Source: Octopus vulgaris (taxonomy: Eukaryota). From it: a DNA stretch of 64,000 nucleotides. The stretch lies in contig OX597814.1 in the NCBI GenBank assembly GCA_951406725.2, forward strand, positions 145,390,001 through 145,454,000. The letters run 5' to 3'. Shown one piece after another: positions 12,884 to 26,470 of the stretch. The notes under the pieces are model-generated. The model saw only the letters and a program-made list of their open reading frames with translations, ran no database searches and was not told the DNA's origin. The first letter of the stretch is position 1. Each line of letters starts with the position of its first letter. The position numbers and the translations under genes were made by a program.

Positions 12884-13003
12884 TAGTCATCATCATTACC
12901 ATCATCATCATCGTTGTCGTCGTCATCGTCGTCGTTATCATCGTCGTTTTTGTCGTAGCCGTCGTTGTTGTCGTCGTCTTCATCGCCGTCACTATCATCA
13001 TTA
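12884..13003. repeat. (CAT/CGT)n degenerate trinucleotide tract
   Basis: Low-complexity tract; source of the poly-Asp ORF. Confidence 0.9.
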
Positions 13004-13664
13004 CCAACATTGATATACATACCTGAACCAAGTTTAGTGAGCATATTTTGCGTATATCATAGGCACAGCTCTGTTATATTTCTGTTTGAATAGAAGTTAA
13101 AAACATTCATTTAGAATAGATAATAAATATTAATCCTTTAAATTTACTCAGAGGTTTGTTTTGCTCTGTGGTATATTCTGTTGCGATCACATCCCTCTGT
13201 GCATCTGCAGCACTTCAAAAGTAGCTTCTTCTCATCCGCTTCTCTTTTCCTTCATATACCTTCTCTCCGTATGTCATTAAGAATTAATATATTCCTATTT
13301 CTGTATTTTTGTTTTTACTTGGAATTCAATGTTTTGTAGATTAAAATAAATATGTTTTCCTTCCGAAAATTTAATGTTACATTTTATTGATATTCAGTTG
13401 ATTTTTCACATTGAATTTATCTGACAAATATTTATATTCTTTGCTTTTAGATTGTTATAGCTAAATTTATATTTACATTGTGGCAGACATTACTGATGTA
13501 GTTCAGCTATAGCTGTTATTACGTTCAATACACATTATTATTATAATTTTTTTTTTAAAGATGTTATATTTTCCCTGTCTTTGAAATGACTTTCTACTGC
13601 TTCACGAGAAGATCCTTCCTGAATGTCGATTCTTTCCCTTATATAATTTGCTGCAGTTAATCTC

Positions 13665-13722
13665 CATGTCATTTCTGGTAAGCATGTCATTTCTGGTTAG
13701 CATGTCATTTCTGGTAAACATG
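13665..13722. repeat. 18-bp minisatellite, about 3.2 copies
   Basis: Unit CATGTCATTTCTGGTAAG. Confidence 0.9.
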
Positions 13723-13759
13723 GTATCATACTGAATTTAATATTTTGAACGTAATTAAT

Positions 13760-14525
13760 GGCGGCGAGCTGACAGAAGCGTTAGCTTGCCGGGCAAAATG
13801 TTTAACGGCATTCTGTTCGTCTGTGCGTACTGAGATGAAATTCCGCCGAGGTCGACTTTGCCTTCATCCTTTCAGGGTCGATAATTTAAGTACCAGTTAC
13901 GCACTGGAGTCGATATACTCGACGTAATCCGTTTGTCTGTCCTTGTTTGTCCACTCTATGTTTAGCCCCTTGTGGGTAGTAAAGAAATAGGTATTTCGTC
14001 TGCCGCTACGTTCTGAGTTCAAATTCCGCCGAGGTCAACTTTGCCTTTTATCCGTTCGAGGTCGATTAAATAAGTACCAGTTAGGCACTGGGGTCGATAT
14101 AATCGACTTAATCCGTTTGTCTGTCCTTGTTTGTCCTCTCTGTTTAGCCCCTTGTGGGGAGTAAAGAAATAAGCCTTTTTTCCGTCTGCGCATTCTGAGA
14201 TGAAATTCCGCCGAGGCCCGCTTTAACTTTCATCCTTTTGAAGTCTATTTAATCGACTTAGCTACTTCCCACTAAATGCTAGCCTTGTGCAAAAAAAAAT
14301 GAAAACAATAAGGTGATGAGCTCGCAGAACCTTTAGCACGCCGGGCAATTTGCTTAGCGGCATTTCATCCGTCAGTACTTTCTGAGTTGAAATTCCGCCG
14401 GGATCGACTTTACCTTTCACCTTTTCGGCATCGACAGAATAATACCATTTGAGCACTGGAGTCGATGTAATCGACTTGTCCCCACCTCCGAAATTGTTGG
14501 CCTTGTATCAAAATCTGAAACCAAT
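13760..14525 (+). mobile_element. Tandem array of four SINE family D units
   Basis: Repeated TTCTGAGTTCAAATTCCGCCGAGGTCGACTTTGCCTTTCATCC..AAGTACCAGT..ACTGGGGTCGAT module. Confidence 0.9.
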
Positions 14526-15025
14526 GTTTTAATCATGATTCGTTTATTAAAACTAACTGTACATAAGTTTGGCGTGTTTATTCTATATCCCTGTACAGTT
14601 TCTGTGTTTTATTGTTTTTAATGCAAATGGAAATAGATCTTTCTCACGTTAGAAGGGGTCACTCCGTTTGCTCGATTAACTGAACTATTAACTGAATGAC
14701 CGAGGCTAATTATTCCGTAGACATATAAACTCTAAAGGGAATTCTCAAGAAAAATCAGCAAGGGAGTTTGTATGACATACCGTGACACAACTGATGATGG
14801 TAATTACGGGTACAATCCATCCGACCAGCTTCTGCAGTCTCTGTCTACCCAATTTTTGTCGTTAAGCTTGGGTCATTCCTAAATGCTTGTAAAGATACAT
14901 TCCGAAAATTTTACAGTGAAATTGAACCCAAAAGTCCGTGTTAGCGATTTTTAAACATATATATTTTATTAATAATTTGCCATTTTTGTCCTTAATACTC
15001 GATATTCATAAGGCAGCTAAGGCTG

Positions 15026-15565
15026 CAAGGTGGCTGAATCGTTAGCACTCCGGGCAAAATGCTTCGCAGCATTTCGTCCGTCTTTACGTTCTGAGTTCAA
15101 ATTCCACAAGTGTCGAATCTGCCTTCCATCTTTTCGAGGTCGATAAAATAACTGCTAGTCAAGTACTGGGATTGATGTAATCAACATAGCCCCTTCCTTG
15201 GAAATGCTGGCCTTGTGCCAGAATTTGAAATCAATATTCATTAGACGGTGATCTGGCAGAATCGTTTTCAGGCTGGGCAAAAGGCTTAGTGGCATTTTGT
15301 CCGTCTTTACATTCTGAGCTCAAATTTTATCGCTCCAGTATCGATAAAATAAGTATCAACTAATTACTAGGTTCGATGTAGTGGACTAGCCGCTTTCCCC
15401 GAAACTACTAGCCTTGTATCACAAATAGAAACAAATATTCACTAGGGTGGCTACCTAGCAGAATCGTTACAACACACAGGAAAAATGATTAGCGGCATTC
15501 CGTGAATCTTTAAGTTGTGAGTTCCAATTTCCCTTGAGGTCGACTCAGCCTTGTACCAAAATTTG
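15026..15565 (+). mobile_element. Tandem array of three older SINE family D units
   Basis: Three GAATCGTT..GGCATT..GAGTTC units with CTTGT.CCA.AATTTGAAA-type ends. Confidence 0.8.
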
Positions 15566-16087
15566 TGAAAAAACATGCCAGACCCAATTACTAGGGGCTT
15601 AAATATTAGACTTTGTATCTTCGACCTTTTATATTGCCAAAACAAAATGATTAAATATAATAATAAATAATAAATATAATAATACTACAAGCAAAAGAAA
15701 AAAAATTACTGTAACGTCTTTTTGCCTACCTAAGAGATGAGAAACAACCTGCATCGTCAGTCACAATTAGTGACAATTGAATTCTTCCTTTTTGACTTTA
15801 TATTGCGTATAGCCGCCTTTGTTATTTTACAATTTTCACATTACCATTTTGCTGTATCAGCCACTGCTTCATATGATAAATATTATATGCTGACAGTTTG
15901 GATTTAGCCAAGCCACCCAACGATAATAGGCTTTAATTCTAAGCGAATCTAAACTAGTATGGTGATCTCGCCTGCTGTGGGGCGGTTATTTCCTCTGTCA
16001 GTGCATAGACATGTGCTTCTTGCGGCTCTAAGGGCTTTAGCTGTTATTTCTAGGAATGCAGGTGCTACTCTGCACCGACAGGTTCTT

Positions 16088-16164
16088 TAGATTTTATATT
16101 GCGTATAAACGACGTGATTTCTGGTACTTGACCGAGGAAAGGGGGCTACGAATGACCCGTCCTT

Positions 16165-16198
<34 letters not shown>

Positions 16199-16204
16199 TA
16201 GATG

Positions 16205-16256
<52 letters not shown>

Positions 16257-16420
16257 TATTGCCCGAAACTGTCGTGATTTCTGGTACTTAGCTGAGGAAA
16301 GGAGGCTACGAAGGACCTGTCCTTTTTTTTTTTGCTTGTCCGTCTAATTCTTGTTTCTCTTGTCCGCTTTTGTATCGTCTATCTGTCCGAATGTCTTATT
16401 GTCCTCTATTTTTTTTTTTT
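16088..16420 (+). mobile_element. Partial tandem of an interspersed repeat split by (TA)n(GA)n(GATA)n
   Basis: 16088-16165 repeats the start of 16258-16420 (CGTGATTTCTGGTACTT..GAGGAAAGG.GGCTACGAA.GACC.GTCC); third copy inverted at 53060-53210. Confidence 0.7.
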
Positions 16421-16464
<44 letters not shown>

Positions 16465-17122
16465 TATACATTCGAAAAACCTGTCCAAGGTGCTACCTGG
16501 ACAGCTCGAAAGCAAAGTCACTTACGAAGTGAACATCTTAACTGCACACCCATGACATGCATAATCGGTAGAGTACTTCTCCCCATCCCCCAAAAGACTC
16601 CCCCCCAAACAACAAAAAACAGTGCAACATCAAGTCAGGTCATAACACACGAAATCACGCAGTTGGCTACTTAAACAATTCTCTTCTATCATTCCAGGGT
16701 AAATAAAATGAAGTAACAGCAATATACTGGGTTTTATCCAACGACCTTATACTAGCAGTGATGTAACGTTTATTGCACTTAGAAATCACTAAAAGCTGTT
16801 TTGGAGATAATAAAGGACAGAACCTTCCTGTGTTTATTTGATATTAGGATGAAATGTAAATCAGAATCTCTTGCGAAAACTGATTCAGAATGCAAAGAAA
16901 TACAGAACAGAAATAAATAAATAAATGAAGATTGAAAGAAAGAAAGAAAACCCCGTTTACAGCGAAAATAGTTATGTGACACATTGTTGTTGTGCTTCTT
17001 TCATCGTTACATGTTTTTTATTTATATAAGAGTATTTAAAAAAAAAAAAATAAACCCCCAAGTTTGATGACGTTCGGACATGCAACATCCATTTTATTTG
17101 TTAGCGGATGTTTTAATGTTCT

Positions 17123-17345
17123 TTCTTCTTCTTCTTCTTCTTCTTCTTCTTCTTCTTCTTCTTCTTCTTCTTCTTCTTCTTCTTCTTCTTCTTCTTCTTC
17201 TTCTTCTTCTTCTTCTTCTTCTTCTTCTTCTTCTTCTTCTTCTTCTTCTTCTTCTTCTTCTCGTTCTTCTTCTTCTTCTTCATCTCCTCCTCCTCCTCCT
17301 CCTCCTTTCTTCTTCTTCTTCTTCCTCCTCCTCCTCCTCCCCTCC
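17123..17345. repeat. (TTC)n then (CCT)n polypyrimidine tract
   Basis: About 46 uninterrupted TTC units to about 17260, then mixed TTC/CCT. Confidence 0.97.
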
Positions 17346-17929
17346 CCCCACCATTCTCCCCCCTCATCTATCATCTCCTTAGCCTTCTTCACCTACTCCT
17401 TCACCTTCTTCGTGTCATCCTACAGCTCTACGTCGTCGTCCTCCTGTTTCTTCTTTCCCTTCTTCTTCCTTTCTTCCCCATTTTCTGCCTCTCCCTCTCC
17501 CTCTCACCCCCCTCTCTTTCTCTCTCTTTTTGCCCACTTTAAATACTGCCTTTTATTAGTAAGAAATTACTCAAGAAATTCAATAAAACTGTACAACAAT
17601 CAGCAAAATGTAATTGGTTCACAAAACTACACACACACATACCAACACACACACACACACACACAACACACATCTATAAACATATAGCATAAAACTTATA
17701 TATATGTGATTGCATGTATCAAAGCATACACACGGTCTCACATTATTTACATATAACGTATTGCGTATGCGTGTATGTATGTATAAACAGCATTAACAAT
17801 AAGAAAAAAATCAGCAATTTACAGAAAGAACGGAAAGCTATAACAAGAAAAAAAAACAAAAACAAAACACACATAACGCAGAGCAACAAGAAAGAAACAA
17901 ATGTAATGGAAAGTGAAAAACAAAATCCA

Positions 17930-17950
17930 ACATACACATACATACATACA

Positions 17951-18002
<52 letters not shown>

Positions 18003-18066
18003 CATATAGATATATATGTATATATATGCATATAGATATATATGTATATATATGCATATATATATG

Positions 18067-18115
<49 letters not shown>

Positions 18116-18200
18116 GTATATATATATATATATATATACATACATATGCGTGTGTATGTGTATCTACGCATACATATATATATGTGTGTGTATGTATATG

Positions 18201-18255
<55 letters not shown>

Positions 18256-18315
18256 GTGAGTCTGTATGTGTATCTACATATACATTTATATATATGTTTG
18301 TGTATGTATATATGC

Positions 18316-18373
<58 letters not shown>

Positions 18374-18400
18374 ATATATACACATATATACATTATATAT
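17930..18400. repeat. Compound (TA)n/(TG)n microsatellite field
   Basis: Low complexity; source of YIYI ORFs. Confidence 0.95.
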
Positions 18401-18736
18401 GTAAAACATGATATACACAGCATACCATTCTACAAAATGGAAAAAAAAAGAACAAGTAGATAAAACAATGAACATTGTTAAAAAAAACACAAAAGCATAA
18501 TGAAAACAAAATGAACTTTCGCGACGAAAAACTAACTTTCTTTCATTTGCTTGTCACACATTTCCTTTTGTATTATTAAGAATTCCGTTGAAGTGTCTTG
18601 TTTTAGTTTTTATCATACATACTATGTCTGTCAAAATTTATTTATTTTTAAAATTCTAATTCAATTTTTCCTCTTGAGAACAACTAAAATTTTGAGAAAA
18701 TAAGGGCACGGACATATACATACATACATATATACA

Positions 18737-18770
<34 letters not shown>

Positions 18771-19176
18771 CATACATACTTACGTACATACATACATATA
18801 TACATACATACTTACGTACATACATGATTGCATATATATATATATATATACGATCTCTGTATTTGAATATGAGTACGCATATATACATATACACACATGT
18901 ACATATATTAATATACAAGGTCTTTAAATATATATATATATATATATATATATGGGAATGAACAAAACGGTACACACATATATGCATATACACCTATACT
19001 TATCCACATATATGTATGTATTGTATATATATCTGGTATATACGCTATCTTAACATATCAATAGATAGCTGTATACTCATGTTTGTATACGTATAGTCAT
19101 ATGTATATATGTATCTAAGCATATGTGTGTTTGTTTGTATGTATATATATGTACGTATATACATACATATATGTAC

Positions 19177-19226
<50 letters not shown>

Positions 19227-19469
19227 TTTTATATCTCTATACATTCATGTGTGAGTTGTGTGTAAATGTGTACGTTTAAAAGATATGTACATACGTCTTT
19301 CTCATTAAGGAGAATCCGCCTTATTGCTTCAAAGAAATCAATAGTATTTAAAAAAAACTGGAAAAATTCATTGCAGAACATTGCCTCCTTGACTACACCA
19401 AATAGATAATTCAATCACAGGTTAGTTGGAAACAGGAGGGAGATAGATATGTAATTCTTGTACACATTA

Positions 19470-19502
19470 CATTTGTGTGTATATATATATATATATATAT
19501 AA

Positions 19503-19537
<35 letters not shown>

Positions 19538-20165
19538 TATATATACATATGTATATATATACATATACATATATATATATGTATATATATACATGTATAT
19601 ACATATATATTTATATATATGTACACACACACACATATATATATATACATATATATACATATATATATATCTTTCTACCTATCTATCTATAGATTTCTAT
19701 ATCTATCTATCTCTCTATATATATTTATATACACACATACATATATATGTATGAATAATTTGCCCCCCCCCCCACCATGTATATATATATATATACATAT
19801 AAATAAAAAAATATATATTTTCATACATACAAATGCTTGCATTTATGTATTTATATACATATGCTTACATATATGCCTGTATCTATGTATGTGTTTATAT
19901 CTATCTTTCTATATGACTATATATAATGTTTGTGTGTGTGTATATAAGTATATATGTATGTATGTATGTGTATATATATATATGTTCGTGTGTCAGTGTT
20001 AGGCATGTGTTTGACTATATTTTTTAATCGTTTTTATGTATATATTTTTTATGTGTATATTCACATGTCTCTCTACACGTACGCGCATACACATTTATGT
20101 TCAATCACAGAGATAACTGTACATAGAAACATGTATATATACATTCATCTATATGTATATGTATG

Positions 20166-20254
<89 letters not shown>

Positions 20255-20277
20255 GTATATATATATGTATATATATG

Positions 20278-20335
<58 letters not shown>

Positions 20336-20383
20336 TATATACATATATAAATATATACATACATACATACATACATACATACA

Positions 20384-20419
<36 letters not shown>

Positions 20420-20430
20420 TTCACAAATAT
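19470..20430. repeat. Compound (TA)n/(TACA)n microsatellite field
   Basis: Low complexity. Confidence 0.9.
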
Positions 20431-20741
20431 ACATATACACTTGTTTTATTGTTCGATATATAGACTTTATTTTGTGTGTTGCCTCATATATTGCCGTAAA
20501 GATAAAGGAACATGTTAGATAAGGAAAATTGAAAAGTAAAACTAAATATATAAACATTGATAGAAACAAAAACACAAGAACACGCACGCAAGATAAAGAG
20601 TTTCACAGTGATATTTATTTTAATGTGGATTTCCAATGGAGACAATGAGTTTGTGCTGCGCTGATAAATATGAGGTGTTGCGCATTCGTTTTTGTTGTTG
20701 GTGATGTTTGTAGTGTTATTTCATAGAAAATAAGACGAGAG

Positions 20742-20822
20742 CGGTGGTGGTGGTGGTGGTGGTGGTGGTGGTGGTGTTGATGGTTGCACTGATGATTAAG
20801 TCGATGATGATGAAAATGATGG

Positions 20823-20863
<41 letters not shown>

Positions 20864-20869
20864 ATGATG

Positions 20870-20947
<78 letters not shown>

Positions 20948-21836
20948 ATGATGATGATGATAATGATGATGATGTTGATGATGATGAGGATCTTGATGAT
21001 GATGATGATTTTCTTTATGTTGGCCATAATCATGATGTTGCAGATAATTACGATGACAAAGATTACGACGACCGCGTGGCAGATGATAGGAAATGAGGAT
21101 GATAATGAACCCGTAATGACGATGACGATTATGATGTTGCTGTTGATGATGATAATGATGATGATGATGATGTTGTTGTTGTTGCTGCTGCTGCTGATGA
21201 TTATGATGAGGATGGTGTTGAATACGATAGGGATAATGATGAAGGCGATGATGGTAATGATAATGCTGTTGGTGACGCTGATGATGACGACGACGACGTT
21301 TATGATGATGATGTTGATGATGATGATGATGATGTCGACGGCAAAGACAAAGACGAAGACAACGACGATGACCATGATGATGATGGTGATGATGTTGATG
21401 ATGACGTGGATGACGAAGACATCGATGAATCATCATTATCCCCCTCCTCCTCCTCCTCCTCCTCCTCATCATCATCATCATCATCATCATCATAACTATC
21501 TTCGTCGTGACGATGCCGATGACAAAAATGATGACGAAAATGATAATGATGATGATGAGGAAGCTGAAGATGCTAACTATTATGATCATTATTATTTTCT
21601 GGAAGTTGAAAATATTAAAGTTAAAGGTAATGAAATTGATAATGTTCATGATGACGATGACGATATTAATTTACTTTTATTACTGGTGATGACGGCGATG
21701 ACGCTGTTCTTGCTGTTGCTGAAGACAATGAAAAAGATAATGACAATGATAGTGTAAATAATAATGATGATGATGATGATGTTGGTGATGCTTTTAGGAA
21801 TGCTTATGATAATGTTGATGATAATGATGATGATAG

Positions 21837-21880
<44 letters not shown>

Positions 21881-22385
21881 TTAGGGAATACTATGACGCC
21901 TCTGCTGTCGTTGATTACGGTCATGGTGGCGATGGTGCTGTTCTTGTTGTTGTTGTTGTTGCTGTTGAGGGGAAATTCATGTTGTTGCTGATTAATGTGG
22001 TAACGAAGAAGCTGCTGCAGCAGATGATGCTGTTTCTGGTGGTGACGAAGCTGAAGATTGCCATGGTGGCGGTGGTAGTGGTGGTGCTGGTATAGTGGTT
22101 GTGTTGCCGTTGCTGATCCTGTCAGATATTGTTTTGTCATGACGCTGATGATGATGATGATGATATTTGTAATAACGATAACGATGATGATGATGATGAT
22201 GATGATGATGGTCGGGATGATAATAACAGTGATGATAATATTGATGTAGTTGCAGTGATGACGAAGGGTTGATAATGATGATGATGATGATGATGATGGT
22301 GGTGGCGGCGGCAGTGGTGGCAGTGGGGATGATAACGATGATGATGATAATGATATACTTGCAGCGATGATGAAAATGATGATGG

Positions 22386-22419
<34 letters not shown>

Positions 22420-22437
22420 AATGATGATGATGATGAT
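20742..22437. repeat. 1.7-kb degenerate (GAT)n/(GGT)n/(GTT)n trinucleotide field
   Basis: Continuous triplet periodicity; the poly-M, poly-H and poly-I ORFs are artefacts. Confidence 0.95.
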
Positions 22438-22596
22438 TAAAGGGATAATGATATCTAAGAAGTTATTGATGCTGACATGTTTGTTTTTCTACGATGTTTG
22501 TTAATAACAAAAGAAATCGAAAATGGAAAGGAAAGAACAAGCGAAAAGCAATAAACTATATGTATGTATATATATATATATCGAAAGAGAGAGGGA

Positions 22597-22651
<55 letters not shown>

Positions 22652-23228
22652 GAACGACTGTCAAAGAGGTAAATGTGGAAGTAGTGAGTGTAGAGAAAGT
22701 AGCGAGAATGAGCTTACTGGTGATACGAATCAACATGCGCAAAAAATAACTGAATAAATAGATAAAAATAATAGGAATAAAAAAAATCAACGGTAAAAAA
22801 GTCTAGCGTTGTAATTAAGAAATAGATTTTTCTAAAATGAACATCTATGCAGAATTCAATTAAGTAAAAACGTACAAGCAAGAAATCTCTAACATATATA
22901 TATATATGTATATATCTTGTAGAACACAGTCAGTAGATTTAATCACCGATACGATCATAAATACATTGTAACGCATGTATACATAGACATACGGGGACGT
23001 TCTACAGTGATGTGCAAATATAGACAAAATAATACATATAAACACACAGATCAACACGCAGTCATTAACGAAGACTAATATATCTGTTGGATGGTAAAAT
23101 GGTGTGACACGTTTGATGGAGAATATAAAACGAGGGAAGTAATTGCTCGCGTTTGATTCTGATTTACATGCATCATTTATGCTCTCATTAATACCTAGTT
23201 CTTGGTTTCAGTGTGCTTACGTGTTTGA

Positions 23229-23279
<51 letters not shown>

Positions 23280-23477
23280 GAGCAAACTTACTGGAGATTC
23301 AGTATACACCACGTGGCAAAATTATGAGTTGAAAATATGTGGAAAGCATATATAAAAAGGGCAAAAATGCATTCGTTTCACATGGTCTATCTTTTTACAA
23401 CAGAAGCAGAACAGAAAAGAAAGACAAGCATACTGAATGGCGGTGCTCCATCATGGCCTCAGCTTCTGGCTAAAACC

Positions 23478-23735
23478 ATCATCATCGTTATCCGGTCGTG
23501 GTTATTGCACGGATCAATAGCGAAGCAGATAGACTGAAGAGAACGCTCTTCAGTCCGTCTGTTTCGCAATTGCAAGTGATAGGTTTTCTCGTGCACACAG
23601 TTGCTTTAGGTGTGGTCTGCCAACATTTGCGTCCCCAGACTTCGGTTCCTATAGAAGAACATCGCTAGTGATCTCATCCTTTAATCTTCAGCCGTATTCA
23701 GCAACTCTGGTGGGGCCAAAACCAACTCAGAGGAA
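23478..23735 (-). mobile_element. Probable decayed RTE-type LINE 3' end with hairpin
   Basis: (GAT)n-like tail on the minus strand, weak similarity to the RTE ORF C-terminus, hairpin 23515-23572. Confidence 0.35.
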
Positions 23736-25794
23736 TCAACACATACATATACGATCTTCTTTACACACACACAAGCACACACACACATACACAAACACAC
23801 ACATACACGCATTTCTAAGGTGTGTAATAAAATTTGTGAAACGCACTTCTTGAACAAATATACGTATATACATGCATAAAAATCCTCCGCTTATATGGGA
23901 CTAAACCCTCCGCTTGTATGAACCTAAATGAAATCAAAAGAACACATATATCACTCTTCATATCAAATTAATTAAACATATTCTTATAGAACCCACGAGC
24001 CGTTTCTTGTCTTGTTTAACAGAAGATACTTGAAGTTCTAAATAACGCGCACCATTAATATTGTTAGATATCATCTTCTCTAAATATAATTATTTCCTCG
24101 CTCAAATATGTCTTTTAGGCTTTCTATTTACTGCAGTGATTACATTGCGATATCATGAAAAATATCATGCAACACTTGTATTGTCAAAAACCTTTATCAA
24201 TTGAAATTCATGACGTGCTTGCATGGGAAAATGTATTTTCATTTTCTAGAATTACCGATGCTTAGGTTAAAAAAAAGTATAACTCTATCGTTTTCGTGCT
24301 AAAAACGTCAAGTTAAGTGGCATTTATGAAAATGTTTTGTTTCATAACAATGGTTTGTTTATCAATCATATAATGCTCTTTAATCCTAAAATCCTTAGTT
24401 CCATTTCTAAAAGGCCAGTGCTGATGTGACACTTTCCATTTGTGGATATCGCATGCATATTAAAGTTTAAAATAAATATTGAACTATATGAATTTATACG
24501 TTTACATTGGAATAATAATAACTTAACCTTCGCAAACGATGGAATAATAATAACATAACTTTCACAAATATTTATCCAATATGATACATACATAAACACA
24601 AAGACAGACATATACACATACACATTCACACGCACTCATACATATATGTATATACGTTAATCTTGTAAATGTACGATGCAATAATAACAATTTAACCTTC
24701 ACAAATATTTAACTAATATGATACGCACAGACAGACAAGCATATAAGTATGTATGGTAAGAATTGAAAATTCCAACGCCTCACAAACGCCAATGGTTTTA
24801 TTTCGGGCGAGAATACACACACATATATATGCACATGTATTTCAATCTTGTAATTTAACTCTGTGAAATATGCAAGCAATATAATTATACCATTTATAAT
24901 GAATCAACTTTATCAGTCCCATAGACAGGTTAAGAAAGATCTTTCGACGATTGGTTGTATAATAACGATGACGATTGACTAGGATCTAATATACCCTACC
25001 TATTAACATCTCGGTGCCATAGAGTTACGGTAACAAGCAACTTACTTCGAGAAATTAATCGCTCTAATTCCCATCAACTGTCAAAAACGCTCATTAAATA
25101 AAAGCCAGACCAAACCTGTGAATTATTTTCTTGAGAATATCTTAAGTAAAATGGGCTTCAAACGAATACGGTATAATAATAGCACTGAGACGAACGTGAC
25201 ACCGTTATACAAACGAGCAGTCATTTAAAATTATAAACAAAACAAATCAAAAAGCAACAAAATCAGTTGTTATGATTGAATTCCTTAAACAGCTTCAGAA
25301 TAAAATTACGAACAAATTCAAAATGTCACCCTAGTATTGATGAGGAGTTACTTGAAACAACAATTATTATACACAATCGATAGAAAACCTACCGACTTGT
25401 GTTTATACCCGATGGATCATATAGCTTATGAAGAACTAGGGGAAATCAAGACTTCCAGCATTAGAACATTGAATGTGCCACTATATAGTGTTGCAACTAC
25501 CGTTCACCAATGTTGCAAGAACAAACGGACATCGATCATAATAATCCCAGAGGAGGAAAATCAACGAAATTACATGGCCTCTCTCTAGAAAAATATCGTC
25601 TGACTCAAAAAATGTCGCTGTAAAATAAGATATTGCCATTAAGTGCAAAATAAATACTAGAATTCACTTTATGATATATATAATCTATGAAAATTGTCTA
25701 CAAGATTCAATTACGAGCAAGCTAATCACCTTAGAACACATGTTGTGAACTGTAAGGGAAAGATTTCAATATTTAAAATTTTTTAAAAAGTACT

Positions 25795-25925
25795 CTTCAA
25801 AAGATACCCTTCCCCCACCCCTAACCCTAACTAACCATAACCCTAAAATAAATTGAAATGCAATAGATCGATACTAGGGTCATAATTATGGGTGACAATT
25901 TCATATGACACCGCTAGAAAAAAAC
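25795..25925 (+). mobile_element. Fragment of the telomeric-repeat MITE
   Basis: Near-identical to 27505-27650, including CCCTAA repeats. Confidence 0.85.
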
Positions 25926-26230
25926 CTACAAGTGGTGCATTGCTGTATGAAAGGTTTTATATTGAAGGCCATAAATTCCCTTTCTCGGGATTATCGAAAG
26001 TCACTTTGGTGAGAGGTGGACAAGGAATGTAAACAGGCAACACTATCTTGATGCAATATGGTTAGATGAGCTACAGAATAATCACTAAGCAGACAACTCT
26101 TCCCAAAGTTATATTATCAACAGTGAAATTCATCGGAAGGTTATTGCATAAGTACCGAAAGCAAGGCCTAATAATCACTTATTAGTGCAAAAAAACTCAC
26201 ACTCTAAAGGGAAACTCACGTTAACATAAT

Positions 26231-26470
26231 GGGTTGAGGAATAATTCATGAGCGTTTTTTTCTTTCAAATTTAAAATTGCACTCAGTAATAAAACGCATT
26301 GGCGAAATGTTTTTTTATTTAAAAGAAAATTCTTCGCTTAAAACACAGTGTGTTTTAATTTTTTAATTATGTTGATTTTTGTATATTTTCAGATCATTAA
26401 AATGGAATGTCAAGTGCATTTTCGACATCAATCGCTTCTTGCATTTAATCGAGGTATTCCACCGAAGCTG
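26231..26470 (+). mobile_element. Mariner 5' fragment
   Basis: TIR-like GGGTTGAGGAATAATTCATG, then ATGGAATGTCAAGTGCATTTTCGACAT (MECQVHFRH), resembling mariner transposase N-termini. Confidence 0.45.

Noticed and set aside
13665-14525. CRISPR-like repeat-spacer pattern
   Set aside because: Eukaryotic context; an 18-bp tandem without spacers and SINE multimers; no cas genes
17036-17687. Poly-E, poly-S, poly-K and poly-L ORFs
   Set aside because: Translations of (TTC)n
17714-20587. Numerous YIYI / CVCV / MYVC ORFs here and throughout the window
   Set aside because: Dinucleotide and tetranucleotide microsatellite artefacts
20615-22140. Long ORFs (344, 337, 219, 164 aa) rich in His, Met or Ile
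   Set aside because: Translations of a triplet repeat field, open in several frames on both strands, with no domain content
24900-26210. Possible ancient LINE RT remnants (RTE-like near 25340-25600, R4/Dong-like near 25990-26210)
   Set aside because: Only faint motif echoes with many stops; needs TBLASTN
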